From an uncultured Lachnospiraceae bacterium (GTDB lineage: Bacteria > Bacillota > Clostridia > Lachnospirales > Lachnospiraceae): 25,923 bases of DNA. The notes below the pieces were generated by a model. It saw nothing but the letters and a program-made list of their open reading frames with translations, made no database searches and was not told the DNA's origin. Below, one piece after another: positions 1 to 9,290 of the stretch. Within the stretch, counting starts at the first letter, position 1. Every line of letters begins with the position of its first letter. The stretch is from positions 5,951 to 31,873 of the forward strand of contig CAPACI010000001.1 in the NCBI GenBank assembly GCA_948576075.1, given 5' to 3'. Position numbers and translations under genes: made by a program.

Positions 1-227
1 AACATTTCTTTTGCATCTTCTTTTCTGACGGATTCTAAAAGCGAAAGGACTTCGGCTTTTACTGTTTTTTGCCCAAACGCGATTTCTATAATATCCCCAA
101 CTTTCACCTTTACGGAAGCTTTCGCCGGCTTGCCGTTTATAGAAACCCTTCCAGCATCACACGCTTCATTTGCAACTGTGCGGCGTTTGATTAAACGGGA
201 TACTTTTAAAAATTTGTCAAGTCTCAT
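1..227 (-). CDS. RNA-binding S4 domain-containing protein (Hsp15/YabO-like); 3' end runs off the window
   Basis: Not in the supplied ORF track because it is truncated by the window edge. I translated the reverse complement from the ATG at the complement of 225-227. It gives MRLDKFLKVSRLIKRRTVANEACDAGRVSINGKPAKASVKVKVGDIIEIAFGQKTVKAEVLSLLESVRKEDAKEM... and stays open to position 1. The pattern LDKFL..SR..A......G.V.ING is the S4 alpha-L RNA-binding motif. The RBS AGGAGAAAGAAAG sits directly upstream (complement of 228-242). Confidence 0.65.
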   Translation of the reverse strand, partial: MRLDKFLKVSRLIKRRTVANEACDAGRVSINGKPAKASVKVKVGDIIEIAFGQKTVKAEVLSLLESVRKEDAKEM

Positions 228-249
228 CTTTCTTTCTCCTATTCCTTAG

Positions 250-280
250 ATAAAAATACAGAGGGCATGCCGCCCTCTGT
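250..280 (-). terminator. Rho-independent terminator downstream of hup
   Basis: Perfect 9-bp inverted repeat acagagggc (258-266) / gccctctgt (272-280) with a 5-nt loop. On the minus strand it is followed by ATTTTTAT (complement of 250-257). It lies 22 nt after the hup stop. Confidence 0.55.
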
Positions 281-302
281 CAATGTTATCAATGAACCAA
301 AC

Positions 303-578
303 TTATGCGTTCACCATATCTTTTAATGCCTTTCCGGCTTTAAATTTCGGAGCTTTCGAAGCCGGAATCGATATTTCTTCCTTTGTATGCGGATTGCGGC
401 CGATTCTTGCAGCCCGCTCTGATACTTCAAACGTGCCAAAGCCGACCAACTGAATTTTTTCACCTTTTTTTAATTCTTCAGTTACAACATCTGTAAATGC
501 CTTCAATGCTGCTTCTGCATCTTTTTTCGATAATCCGGTCTGCTCAGCCATAGCTGCAACTAATTCTGTCTTGTTCAT
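303..578 (-). CDS. hup: HU family nucleoid-associated DNA-binding protein
   Basis: 91-aa ORF. Contains the HU/IHF signature arm GFGTFEVSERAARIGRNPHTKEEISIPASKAPKFKAGKALKD with the RNP motif. RBS AGGAGGAATTTTT before the ATG. Confidence 0.9.
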   Translation of the reverse strand: MNKTELVAAMAEQTGLSKKDAEAALKAFTDVVTEELKKGEKIQLVGFGTFEVSERAARIGRNPHTKEEISIPASKAPKFKAGKALKDMVNA

Positions 579-629
579 TAAAAATTCCTCCTGTGGATTG
601 TCATTAATTCAGGTTCTTTTTACCTATAT

Positions 630-663
630 GAATATATATACTTGTTTTACCTATATTTGTCAA
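630..663 (-). promoter_or_regulatory. Candidate sigma-A promoter for hup
   Basis: Read on the minus strand: TTGACA (complement of 658-663), a 17-nt spacer, then TATATA (complement of about 635-640). This sits about 55 nt upstream of the hup ATG. Confidence 0.4.
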
Positions 664-694
664 GGAAAAGTCTTGTTTTTTCTGATTTACCGGA

Positions 695-2431
695 CTAGAT
701 CAGCTTTTCTACCATCTCAAGCGTGGCCGCCCCTAATGCTTTTACCTGTTCTTCTGATTCCTGAATTGATGATCCTTTTACGCCAATATAAAATTTTACT
801 TTTGGCTCTGTCCCTGAAGGACGGACGCATACCCATGCATCGTCTGTGAGTTCGTAATATAACACATTCGACTTCGGCAGTCCGGTCGGACGCGTCTCTT
901 TTGTCTTCGCATCAGTGATTATGCCCTCGCTGTAGTCACGGATGGCAAGCGCGTCATACCCTCCAATTACAGCCGGAGGATCTTTGCGGAGTGAGCTTAA
1001 GATATTCTTAATTTTCTCTAAGCCTTCCATTCCCTTTAACGTAATGGATTCGACATGGTCCTGATAATAGCCGTATCTCTCATAAAGGTCAGACATCGCA
1101 TCCCAAAGGGTTTTCCCTTGTGTTTTATAAAATGCCGCCGCTTCGCACAAGAACATTGTCGCCGCCACTGCGTCTTTGTCCCTCGCATATGTGCCCGGCA
1201 GACATCCATAGCTTTCTTCCATCCCAAACAGATACGTCCCTTTTCCTGTCCGCTCAAATTCTAAAATCTGCTGTCCGATAAACTTAAATCCGGTCAGCAC
1301 TTCAATCAGCTCCACTCCATAATAGTTTGCAATGGCATCCGCCATATTCGTCGTCACAATCGAGCGGATATATGCGCCGTCTTTTGGCAGGCTGCCTTTG
1401 ACCGCTTTGGTCTGCCCAATAATATAATCCGCAATTAAACATCCGGACATGTTCCCCGTAAGCATATGGTATCCGCCGTTCGTTTGATCTTTCACATAAA
1501 CGCCGAGACGGTCTGCATCCGGATCAGTCGCAAGCACAAGATCCGCATCTTCTTTTTTTGCAAGCGCAAGCGCAAGCTCATACGCTTCAGGCGCTTCCGG
1601 ATTCGGATAGCCGACGGTTGGGAAATCCCCATCGGGCAGTTCCTGCTCTTTTACGACAAATACATGTTGAAACCCTAAATCCTTTAAAATCGCGCGCACT
1701 GGGATATTTCCGGTTCCATGAAGCGGCGTATAGACGATTTTTAACTCATCTTTCACAGCGTCAATGGCCTCCTGATGAATAACAAGCTTTTTAATTTCTT
1801 CCATATAAGAACGGTCAATTTCTTCCCCGATTACGACATAGAGCCCTTCTTCTAACGCTTTCTCTTTCTCCATCGTCAAAACGGATGCGTAATCCGTAAC
1901 GGCTTTTACTTCCTCCATAATTCCCGTATCATGCGGCGGCGTAATTTGAGCCCCGTCTTCCCAGTACACCTTATAGCCGTTATATTCTGCCGGATTATGG
2001 CTTGCCGTAATGTTAATGCCTGCCGTACAGTTTAATTTACGGACTGCATAAGACAATTCCGGCGTTGGACGAAGCGATTCAAACACATATGCCTTAATGC
2101 CGTTTGCCGCAAGGCAAAGAGCGGCTTCGTCAGCAAATTCCGGTGACATGCGCCTTGAATCGTAAGCGATTGCCACGCCTTTATCTGAAGCGTTTACTTT
2201 TTTAATATAATTTGCAAGCCCCTGAGTCGCTTTCCGGACCGTATAGACATTCATACGGTTTGTCCCTGCCCCGATAATGCCGCGGAGCCCTGCTGTGCCA
2301 AATTCCAGTTCCGTGTAAAATCTTTCTTCCTTTTCTTTCTCGTCTTCTGCGATTCCCCTTAATTCCGCCTTCACTTCCTCGTCAAAATACGGATTTGTAA
2401 TCCATTCCTGATAAGTTTCTTTGTAATTCAT
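695..2431 (-). CDS. pgcA: Phosphoglucomutase / alpha-D-phosphohexomutase
   Basis: 578 aa. Active-site phosphoserine loop TASHNPAEYNGYKV. Metal-binding loop ATDPDADR. Sugar-binding GMEESYG motif. N-terminus resembles Firmicutes PgcA. RBS AAAGAGGAGGAAGCAG before the ATG. Confidence 0.85.
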   Translation of the reverse strand: MNYKETYQEWITNPYFDEEVKAELRGIAEDEKEKEERFYTELEFGTAGLRGIIGAGTNRMNVYTVRKATQGLANYIKKVNASDKGVAIAYDSRRMSPEFADEAALCLAANGIKAYVFESLRPTPELSYAVRKLNCTAGINITASHNPAEYNGYKVYWEDGAQITPPHDTGIMEEVKAVTDYASVLTMEKEKALEEGLYVVIGEEIDRSYMEEIKKLVIHQEAIDAVKDELKIVYTPLHGTGNIPVRAILKDLGFQHVFVVKEQELPDGDFPTVGYPNPEAPEAYELALALAKKEDADLVLATDPDADRLGVYVKDQTNGGYHMLTGNMSGCLIADYIIGQTKAVKGSLPKDGAYIRSIVTTNMADAIANYYGVELIEVLTGFKFIGQQILEFERTGKGTYLFGMEESYGCLPGTYARDKDAVAATMFLCEAAAFYKTQGKTLWDAMSDLYERYGYYQDHVESITLKGMEGLEKIKNILSSLRKDPPAVIGGYDALAIRDYSEGIITDAKTKETRPTGLPKSNVLYYELTDDAWVCVRPSGTEPKVKFYIGVKGSSIQESEEQVKALGAATLEMVEKLI

Positions 2432-2452
2432 CTGCTTCCTCCTCTTTGCATT

Positions 2453-3805
2453 TTATTGATCTCTCAAATCATCATATCCATTGCCTGATGATGAGCTGTT
2501 ACTGTTGTTTTGGCTGTTCTCGTTTTCCTTTTTATTGGCAGAAGTTAATAAATTATACAATGTCGTCAGATAATCCTGCTGCTGGGCCGCATTGTTATTA
2601 TTCTGGTTATTGTTGTTCTGGTTATTATTGTTATTGTTTTGGTTATTGTTATTCTGATTATTATTGTTATTGTTTTGGTTATTCTGATTATTATTGTTAT
2701 TATTTTGGTTATTATTGTTGTTTTGATTATTCTGGCTTCCGCCGGTTTCATCTGAAGATGTGTTTTTTGAAGGCGACGTAAGCGCAATTTCAATTTCCGC
2801 CTCTTTCGAATTTACGACTAATTTCTTCGTTACCCTTTCATACCCTTCCGCCTCTAAAGCAATCGTATGCGTCCCGTACGCCAGCTCAAGAGGCGCAGAG
2901 TAATCGGCCTGTTTGCCGTCTATAAATAAAAGGGCGCCTTCCACACCGACCCGAAATGTAATCTTACACAGTTTCGGCCCTTCTCCTTTTAGTTCGTCGA
3001 GGTTTAGGCTAAGCGTCTGATTTCTCTCAATAACGACTTCCTTGCTCCCGCCATACCCATTATTTGCCACTGTCACAAGATGGGCGCCTTCCGGAACTTC
3101 AATCTTCATGTTCTTTTCAACTTCCTGAAATATTTTCTCGCCAATGCAGATAAAGCTGCCTTCAAACAGCTTTGTATTGGAAAGCGCCAGATACCCATGC
3201 CCCTTTGTCACTGCAAGGGAAAGGATTTTTTTATCTTGTCCGACAGCCCGTAACACATCTTCTGCCCCTAAACTTCTAAATTCAACGGAAGAATCTCCGG
3301 AAAATATTTTCATATCCGGTTCATAGGAAAAAATCTTCTGCCCAATCGTCACTGCATGGATTTCCTCATCCACAGAATAATTCACAATATTCTCCTGAAC
3401 CCAGACTTGATCCGACAACTGTACGGCAGTAAGACGCTGATCTCGTTCCTCTATCTGAAGCTCTACGGCGTCGCCGGACAAAAAGGATTCCGCAGATTTC
3501 GTATTTCCATATTTATCCAAAAACTGCGTTCCGGTATCGTAAGCGTACTGCGCCGCCCTGCCGTTTGAGGCTTTTTTTACATCTACTGTTTTTTGCGCGG
3601 CATCCACGCCCGTCAAGATATAAAGCTCCGCTGTTTCTTCTGCATTAGAATCGGCTGTTTCCGTTTCCAGAACGGCTTGTGTGTCCGCTCCGGTTCCTCT
3701 CCGCCTTGTAACTATGCCGCTGTCTGAAGAACTGCCACAGGCGCAGACGGTCACGGAAAAACAGATTGCCGCCAATATCATAAAACTATTCTTTCGTATC
3801 CTCAT
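2453..3805 (-). CDS. Secreted/lipoprotein with a PEGA-like beta-sandwich domain and a C-terminal poly-Asn/Gln low-complexity tract
   Basis: I prefer the ATG at the complement of 3803-3805 (MRIRKNSFMILAAICFSVTVCACGSS, a signal peptide with Cys, preceded by GGAGAG) over the track start at 3826. A PEGA-like segment is ITFRVGVEGALLFIDGKQADYSAPLELAYGTHTIALEAEGYERVTKKLVV. It is followed by about 70 aa made only of N and Q. Confidence 0.6.
   Translation of the reverse strand: MRIRKNSFMILAAICFSVTVCACGSSSDSGIVTRRRGTGADTQAVLETETADSNAEETAELYILTGVDAAQKTVDVKKASNGRAAQYAYDTGTQFLDKYGNTKSAESFLSGDAVELQIEERDQRLTAVQLSDQVWVQENIVNYSVDEEIHAVTIGQKIFSYEPDMKIFSGDSSVEFRSLGAEDVLRAVGQDKKILSLAVTKGHGYLALSNTKLFEGSFICIGEKIFQEVEKNMKIEVPEGAHLVTVANNGYGGSKEVVIERNQTLSLNLDELKGEGPKLCKITFRVGVEGALLFIDGKQADYSAPLELAYGTHTIALEAEGYERVTKKLVVNSKEAEIEIALTSPSKNTSSDETGGSQNNQNNNNNQNNNNNNQNNQNNNNNNQNNNNQNNNNNNQNNNNQNNNNAAQQQDYLTTLYNLLTSANKKENENSQNNSNSSSSGNGYDDLRDQ
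2590..2745. repeat. Imperfect tandem repeats of roughly 15-30 nt (ATTATTGTTATTGTTTTGGTT-type) encoding the poly-N/Q tract
   Basis: The near-identical 30-mers attctgattattattgttattgttttggtt (2651-2680) and attctgattattattgttattattttggtt (2681-2710) are flanked by further degenerate copies. The whole region lies inside the CDS 2453-3805. Confidence 0.8.
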
Positions 3806-3860
3806 CGATTCTCTCCATTTATCCATTCCATATTATCCGAAACATTATACCACATTTTTT

Positions 3861-4862
3861 TTAATTTGTGAAATGAAACAATAGTTTTAAAAACTGTTCT
3901 CTCTGTGGTTCCTGCTCCATTACTTTTTCCAGTTTTTCAATATCTCTCCCAGAAACCCATGATTTTCGGGAACTACAGTAGTGATTGGCGATTTTCCAAT
4001 ACTTTTTGGGATACGCAAGCCGCAGATAAAGCTGTTCCAATTCCTCCGGCAGAAGCTTCCTTACGCTGTCATACGCTGAAATAAGCTCTATGCCAAGCCC
4101 TGTGTTCCAGTTGTATTTTTCCAGAATTTTACGGACAAAATTGGCAAGGTCACGCGCCAGCATATCGTAAGACATCTGCTCAAAATTAATTAACGCCCAT
4201 TCTCCCTGTGAATACACTACATTATGCTGGTTATAGTCCCCATGGCAAAGCCCCCGCATTTGGCATAATGTGTCTTCGCTAAGCCGCCCAAACTGGTTCC
4301 TAAGCTGTATTGTCACTTCATTTGCCTGTGTCCGGTACTTTTCATATACCTTCATAAACAGCATTTCAAATTCATTCTTTTTGTTCTTATTGCGGATATA
4401 ATTTTTAACCTTATTTAACTCCCTGTTATGGCGTTCGTATTCATTTAACAGGCTGTATCGATCCGCCTTTAAAAATTCCGGAATCTCTTTTTCATATTGT
4501 TTCGTCAGTTTATGTAACTGCGCCAGCTTTTTTATAGCGGCTAAAATATCGTCCCGGTTTTTCACGTCGCATTCCCTGCCCAGATACCAGTTCTTTAACA
4601 GGTAAAACGTATCGTTTATCTCATCTTTTACGAGGATTTCTCCGGTTTTTGCAGGAAATGCCGTCTCTACGGCAATCCCCTGCTTATTTAAATATTCCAA
4701 TATATCATATAAAAAAGCCGCCCGTTCTTTTGAGCCGCGAAATTCCCGTAAAAGCATCGCGCCTTTGTCAGTATCACAGTTCAGGGCTCCGCGTCCTTTT
4801 GCCGTGCTTCTGACTTCCACTTCATATTGTTCCAGAATTTCTTCTTCCCGATTATACACCAA
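3861..4862 (-). CDS. CotS-family / aminoglycoside-phosphotransferase-like kinase-fold protein (putative spore coat protein)
   Basis: 333 aa. Brenner-type catalytic motif LCHGDYNQHNVVY. Size and layout match CotS/APH-like proteins. The track start is TTG (complement of 4860-4862). A GTG one codon downstream is better spaced from GGAGGGG and is the probable start. Confidence 0.5.
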   Translation of the reverse strand: MVYNREEEILEQYEVEVRSTAKGRGALNCDTDKGAMLLREFRGSKERAAFLYDILEYLNKQGIAVETAFPAKTGEILVKDEINDTFYLLKNWYLGRECDVKNRDDILAAIKKLAQLHKLTKQYEKEIPEFLKADRYSLLNEYERHNRELNKVKNYIRNKNKKNEFEMLFMKVYEKYRTQANEVTIQLRNQFGRLSEDTLCQMRGLCHGDYNQHNVVYSQGEWALINFEQMSYDMLARDLANFVRKILEKYNWNTGLGIELISAYDSVRKLLPEELEQLYLRLAYPKKYWKIANHYCSSRKSWVSGRDIEKLEKVMEQEPQREQFLKLLFHFTN

Positions 4863-4953
4863 AACCCCTCCATATGATTCTATTCCACTTCATCTACCAT
4901 TTCCGTACAATCCGTGTCTTTTAAACATATGAAAAGAGTTTTGATTTTATGCT

Positions 4954-6282
4954 CTATTTGACTTGCTCCAAAAGATATTCTTTCGTATTCTTCTTTGGGT
5001 CGTCTATAACAAGTTCCAAAAGTTCCTTTAAGGTTTCCCCTAATGCCGGCCCTTCCGCCATGCCCGCCTGAATTAAGTCGCTTCCGCTTACTGCAAGTTC
5101 TTTTAACGTTAAACAGTCTTTCGCTTCGATTATCTTTCTGTAATACATTTGAAAGCCGTCCAAATACTCTAGTTTTTCCTGTCTCTGATAATTGCTCTGC
5201 GCCAGAATGTCCGCCCGTTTTAACGCAAACAGCGCCGGAAACGCATCTGTCCCAATCCGCATAATGACACGCCGGACGCTTCTTTCCGTTAAAGGCGGAT
5301 TGTCGTCATGCGCCGACACAAGGCGGCAAATGCTTTGAATTGAACAGTTGTCAAATTTCAGACGGCGCAGTATCCGTTTCGCCATCTCCCCGCCTAACTC
5401 CGGATGGCCATGAAAATGGGAAACGCCTTCTTCGTCCACAGTTTCACAGAGCGGCTTCGCCACGTCATGCAGTAAAACAGCCAGCCTTAAGATCTTATCC
5501 TTTTCCACGAAACTTAAAGCGGCAATGGTATGCTCCCCCACCGTATAGAGATGATGCGGGTTCTTTTGTTCCGTCTGCATCATCGCGTCAAATTCCGGCA
5601 ATATGACGCTTGTAATGCCTGACTCATACAATGCGCGTATTTTTTCCGGATAATCTGAAACCAACAGCCCTACAAGCTCCGCCGCAATCCTTTCCACACT
5701 GATGCGCCGTAAGTCCCCCGCCATTTCACAAATTGCCGCATACGTTTCCCGCTCTATGGAAAATCCAAGCTGCGCCGCAAAGCGGACAGCCCGCATCAAG
5801 CGGAGCGCATCTTCTTTGAACCTTTGTTTTGCATCTCCTACGCACCGGATCAAGCCCCGCCGTAAATCTCCCACTCCGTCAAACGCATCCACAAGGCCGT
5901 CTTTCTGATTATATGCCATAGCGTTAATTGTAAAATCCCGCCGCTTTAAATCTTCCAAAAGGTTTGGCGTAAACGTCACTTCCTTTGGGTGGCGGGAGTC
6001 TTCGTATTTTCCGTCGATGCGGTAAGTCGTCACTTCAAATCCTTCCCGCTCTAACAAAACGGTCACCGTCCCATGTGAAATCCCCGTATCGACCGTATGC
6101 GGAAAAAGGGATTTCACTTCTTTTGGCGTGGCAGACGTCGTAATATCCCAGTCTTTCGGCTCTTTGCCTAACAAACTGTCGCGTATGCATCCGCCGACCG
6201 CATAGCCTTCAAAACCCGCTGAATGGAGTGTGTCTAAAATATAGCTCACCTTATCCGGCAGTGTCAGTTCCATCGTATCCAC
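4954..6282 (-). CDS. cca: CCA-adding tRNA nucleotidyltransferase
   Basis: 442 aa. Pol-beta-type head motif GGCIRDSLLGKEPKDWDITT. RRDFTINAMAY element. HD domain (AVLLHDVAKP). These are typical of Firmicutes CCA enzymes. Confidence 0.85.
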   Translation of the reverse strand: MDTMELTLPDKVSYILDTLHSAGFEGYAVGGCIRDSLLGKEPKDWDITTSATPKEVKSLFPHTVDTGISHGTVTVLLEREGFEVTTYRIDGKYEDSRHPKEVTFTPNLLEDLKRRDFTINAMAYNQKDGLVDAFDGVGDLRRGLIRCVGDAKQRFKEDALRLMRAVRFAAQLGFSIERETYAAICEMAGDLRRISVERIAAELVGLLVSDYPEKIRALYESGITSVILPEFDAMMQTEQKNPHHLYTVGEHTIAALSFVEKDKILRLAVLLHDVAKPLCETVDEEGVSHFHGHPELGGEMAKRILRRLKFDNCSIQSICRLVSAHDDNPPLTERSVRRVIMRIGTDAFPALFALKRADILAQSNYQRQEKLEYLDGFQMYYRKIIEAKDCLTLKELAVSGSDLIQAGMAEGPALGETLKELLELVIDDPKKNTKEYLLEQVK

Positions 6283-6294
6283 TCCGTCCTGAAT

Positions 6295-7737
6295 TTAATA
6301 TGCTTTTCCCCAATAGACTAATTTCTTCGCAGGCTTGCCACAGCAGACGCATACCTGTGAAATTTCTTCCTGATCATGAAACGGCATACAACGCGCCGTC
6401 GCCGCAAAGTCTTCTTTTATTTTATCTTCACAATCCTGATTCCCACACCACATTCCGCGGATAAATCCCGCTTTCTGTTGAATCGTTTCCGTAAATTCTT
6501 CATAATTATGGGCATCGTAAATATGCGCATCCCTGTGTGATTTTGCGCGTTCAAACATACTTTTTTGTATGGAAGCGAGCAATTCTTTTGCCGTTTCGCC
6601 AAGCTGATCAAATGGAACGGCCGTCTTTTCCCTTGTATCCCGACGCGTCAAAATGCACTGTCCCGCTTCCATGTCTTTTGGCCCAATCTCCACACGGAGC
6701 GGGATTCCACGCATCTCCTGTTCAGAAAACTTATAGCCCGGGCTTTTATCTGTTTCGTCTATTTTTACACGGATTCCCGCTTTCGATAAAGTTTCTTTTA
6801 ACTTACGGGCCATTTCCAATACGCCTTCTTTGCGTTGCTGGATCGGAATCACCATAACTTGAGTTGGCGCAATTTCAGGCGGAAGCGCAAGCCCAAAATC
6901 GTCCCCATGCACCATAATCACCGCCCCAATCAAACGGGTCGTAACGCCCCAAGACGTCTGATGCGCGTATTGCAGGCGGTTGTCTTTGTCTGTGTACTGA
7001 ATGCCAAACGCCTTTGCAAATCCGTCCCCGAAATTATGGCTTGTGCCGGACTGCAATGCCTTGCCGTCGTGCATCAGCGCCTCTATTGTATACGTCGCCT
7101 CTGCCCCGGCAAACTTTTCCTTTTCCGTCTTTTTGCCGCGTATCACCGGCATTGCCAAAACTTCTTCACAAAAATCCGCATAGACGTTTAGCATCTGAAC
7201 GGTCCGCTCCTCTGCTTCTTCAGCCGTCGCATGGGCCGTATGGCCTTCCTGCCATAAAAACTCCCTCGACCGCAGGAACGGCCGCGTCTCTTTTTCCCAA
7301 CGCACCACAGAGCACCACTGATTGTAATTTTTGGGCAAATCCCGATAGGACTGTATCACATTTTTATAAAAATCGCAGAACAAAGTCTCTGACGTAGGAC
7401 GGACGCAGAGACGCTCCTGAAGCGGGTTTAACCCCCCGTGGGTTACCCATGCCACTTCCGGCGCAAAGCCTTCTACATGTTCTTTTTCTTTATTTAACAG
7501 GCTTTCCGGTATAAACATCGGCAGATAGACATTCTCCACTCCCGTCTCTTTGAAACGCCTGTCCAATTCTTTCTGGATATTTTCCCAGATGGCGTATCCG
7601 TCCGGCTTTAAAATCATGCATCCTTTTATGGAAGAATAATCAATTAATTCTGCCTTTTTTACAACATCGGTATACCATTGCGCAAAATCTTCCTCCATCG
7701 AGGTAATGGCTTCCACTAATTTCTTTTCTTTTGACAT
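6295..7737 (-). CDS. proS: Prolyl-tRNA synthetase, archaeal/eukaryotic-like type (no bacterial editing insertion)
   Basis: Class II aaRS motifs are present. Its short length, C-terminal zinc-ribbon-like [10 protein letters not shown] and terminal ...WGKAY (the invariant C-terminal Tyr of archaeal-type ProRS) support the type. I prefer the start [11 protein letters not shown] at the complement of 7735-7737, which follows AAAGGAAATAAACCC, over the track ATG at 7761, which has no RBS. Confidence 0.88.
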   Translation of the reverse strand: MSKEKKLVEAITSMEEDFAQWYTDVVKKAELIDYSSIKGCMILKPDGYAIWENIQKELDRRFKETGVENVYLPMFIPESLLNKEKEHVEGFAPEVAWVTHGGLNPLQERLCVRPTSETLFCDFYKNVIQSYRDLPKNYNQWCSVVRWEKETRPFLRSREFLWQEGHTAHATAEEAEERTVQMLNVYADFCEEVLAMPVIRGKKTEKEKFAGAEATYTIEALMHDGKALQSGTSHNFGDGFAKAFGIQYTDKDNRLQYAHQTSWGVTTRLIGAVIMVHGDDFGLALPPEIAPTQVMVIPIQQRKEGVLEMARKLKETLSKAGIRVKIDETDKSPGYKFSEQEMRGIPLRVEIGPKDMEAGQCILTRRDTREKTAVPFDQLGETAKELLASIQKSMFERAKSHRDAHIYDAHNYEEFTETIQQKAGFIRGMWCGNQDCEDKIKEDFAATARCMPFHDQEEISQVCVCCGKPAKKLVYWGKAY

Positions 7738-7775
7738 GGGTTTATTTCCTTTCTGTGTCATAGTTTAATGAAGTT

Positions 7776-7805
7776 ATTATAGACTGCGCTATTTTGGTTC
7801 GTCAA
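7776..7805 (-). promoter_or_regulatory. Candidate proS promoter overlapping the stop of the upstream MATE gene
   Basis: Read on the minus strand: TTGACG (complement of 7800-7805), an 18-nt spacer, then TATAAT (complement of 7776-7781). This is about 40 nt upstream of the preferred proS start. The leader is far too short for a T-box. Confidence 0.45.
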
Positions 7806-9136
7806 GTTTTTTCCTCACTGTTTCTGATTTTCAGGTATGCGGCTGCGCAGACTGCCACAGACAACAACGACCCCGCAGGCGCGGCAAGCCCCATCGGAAA
7901 AAGGCTGGCGGCAAAATACTCCGATGCAAAATAAGCTCCCGGAATGCGGATTAAGACAATCGACAAGATATTATGCAGAAATGAAATGCCGGATTTCCCA
8001 CACGCATAAAAATATCCGCTGAAACTAAAATGTATGCCCGCAAATACACAATCCCAGATATAACTGCGCAAATACTGCCCGCCGGATAAAATCACGTCTG
8101 AATCTTCCGTAAAAATCCCAACCAACTGCCCATATGCAGACTGGACAAAAACAGACATGGCAATCCCGAAACCAACCGTGATAAAAATGGCATACCGAAG
8201 CGTCAGTCTTGCGCGCCCTTCCTTTTTTGCCCCTATGTTCTGCGCTGACAAAGCAGAAACGGCAGAAAGCATAGTGGACGGAACCAAAAACACTACGCCT
8301 ATGATTTTTTCCACAATTCCGACTGCCGCCGCATCTACAAGCCCCCTGCGGTTTGCTATAATTGTAATGACAATAAATGCAACTTGTATAAAAGTGTCCT
8401 GCAAGGCTACGGGAACGCCTATCTTTAAGATCCGTTTTAAGGTTATAGGAGATGGCTTAAAATCTGCTTTTTGCAGTTTGATTCCGGCTGAATGCTTTAG
8501 AATCACAAAAAGGGCAAACACAACGCTAAGAGTCTGGGATATAACAGTGCCAAGCGCCGCTCCAGTTGCGCCAAGGGAAAAATAACGGATAAAAATATAA
8601 TCCAATAAAATATTTGACACACACGCAGCCGCCACGAAATACATCGGGCTCTTTGAATCCCCAAGGCCGCGGAATATGGAACTGATGATATTATACGCCG
8701 TGATAAATGGAATCCCAAGGAAGCATATGGTAAGATACGACGCCGTTCCCAAAACCGCTTCTGTCGGAGTTGCCATAATGGCTGTGATCGGGTTTACCAA
8801 AAAAAGCAGCGCTGCCGTAAACCCAATAGAAAGCCCTAAAAACAACACGGCAGTGTTTCCAATGGCTAAAGAAGCTTCCTTTTCCTTCTTCGCCCCAACC
8901 GCTTTTGCGATTGTCACAGTCGCCCCCATCGCAAGTCCGACAATCATCACAGTCAGCATATGCATCACCTGACTGCCGATAGAAACCGCTGTGATGTGGT
9001 TTACGCCGCTATACCTGCCTACCATATATAAATCTGCCATTCCATACAGGGTTTGAAGAAAATAGGAAAATAAATAGGGAATCGAGAATTGTAAAATTGT
9101 TTGAAACACACTGCCAGAGGTTTGATTTTTTTCCAT
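7802..9136 (-). CDS. MATE family efflux transporter
   Basis: Polytopic protein. The N-terminal MATE signature QTILQFSIPYLFSYFLQTLYGMADLYMVGR is present. I prefer the start MEKNQTSGS at the complement of 9134-9136, after AAGGAAGGCAACCGGAAAC. The track extends to 9205 using an upstream alternative start. Confidence 0.8.
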   Translation of the reverse strand: MEKNQTSGSVFQTILQFSIPYLFSYFLQTLYGMADLYMVGRYSGVNHITAVSIGSQVMHMLTVMIVGLAMGATVTIAKAVGAKKEKEASLAIGNTAVLFLGLSIGFTAALLFLVNPITAIMATPTEAVLGTASYLTICFLGIPFITAYNIISSIFRGLGDSKSPMYFVAAACVSNILLDYIFIRYFSLGATGAALGTVISQTLSVVFALFVILKHSAGIKLQKADFKPSPITLKRILKIGVPVALQDTFIQVAFIVITIIANRRGLVDAAAVGIVEKIIGVVFLVPSTMLSAVSALSAQNIGAKKEGRARLTLRYAIFITVGFGIAMSVFVQSAYGQLVGIFTEDSDVILSGGQYLRSYIWDCVFAGIHFSFSGYFYACGKSGISFLHNILSIVLIRIPGAYFASEYFAASLFPMGLAAPAGSLLSVAVCAAAYLKIRNSEEKT

Positions 9137-9232
9137 GTTTCCGGTTGCCTTCCTTTGCGCTTTTATGGATCTACTATAGCAGGGATTGAAAAATGTGTAA
9201 AGCAAACGTCACTTGCATTTTCAGAATAACGC

Positions 9233-9278
9233 TCCTAAAAAAGCGGCCTTGCCAGATTTCCATCTGCAAAACCGCCTC
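9233..9278 (-). terminator. Rho-independent terminator after the YhgE/Pip-like gene
   Basis: Read on the minus strand: GGCGGTTTTGC, a 13-nt loop, GCAAGGCCGC, then TTTTTTAG. This makes a 10-bp stem including two G-U pairs. It lies 13-58 nt downstream of the stop at 9291. Confidence 0.5.
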
Positions 9279-9290
9279 TTTGCTTTCCCC

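Noticed and set aside
571-849. Plus-strand ORF (92 aa) spanning the hup promoter region and the 3' end of pgcA
   Set aside because: Low-complexity hydrophobic translation. It lies antisense to pgcA and has no RBS. The region is better explained as the hup promoter.
2590-2745. Direct repeats that could superficially resemble a CRISPR array
   Set aside because: The repeats are contiguous with no spacers and sit in frame inside a CDS. No cas genes are present. No CRISPR-like repeat-spacer periodicity occurs anywhere in the window.
2446-2781. Plus-strand ORF with CYCFGYS repeats, and the minus ORF 2566..2793 with ITI/TKT repeats
   Set aside because: Both are alternative-frame readouts of the N/Q-encoding tandem repeat inside the lipoprotein gene. 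Neither has an RBS, so they are repeat artefacts.
7738-7801. Possible T-box riboswitch upstream of proS
   Set aside because: Only about 40-60 nt separate the MATE stop and the proS start. A T-box needs roughly 200-300 nt with specifier, T-box and antiterminator elements, none of which is visible.
7802-9205. Track-defined N-terminal extensions (MLYTFFNPCYSRSIKAQRKATGN.. of the MATE gene, MTQKGNKP of proS, MKGRKT of the ATP-grasp gene, MDKWRESM of the lipoprotein)
   Set aside because: The longest-ORF calls use upstream ATG or TTG codons without Shine-Dalgarno sequences. In each case an internal ATG 6-23 codons downstream has a good GGAGG-type RBS, and the resulting N-terminus matches family norms.
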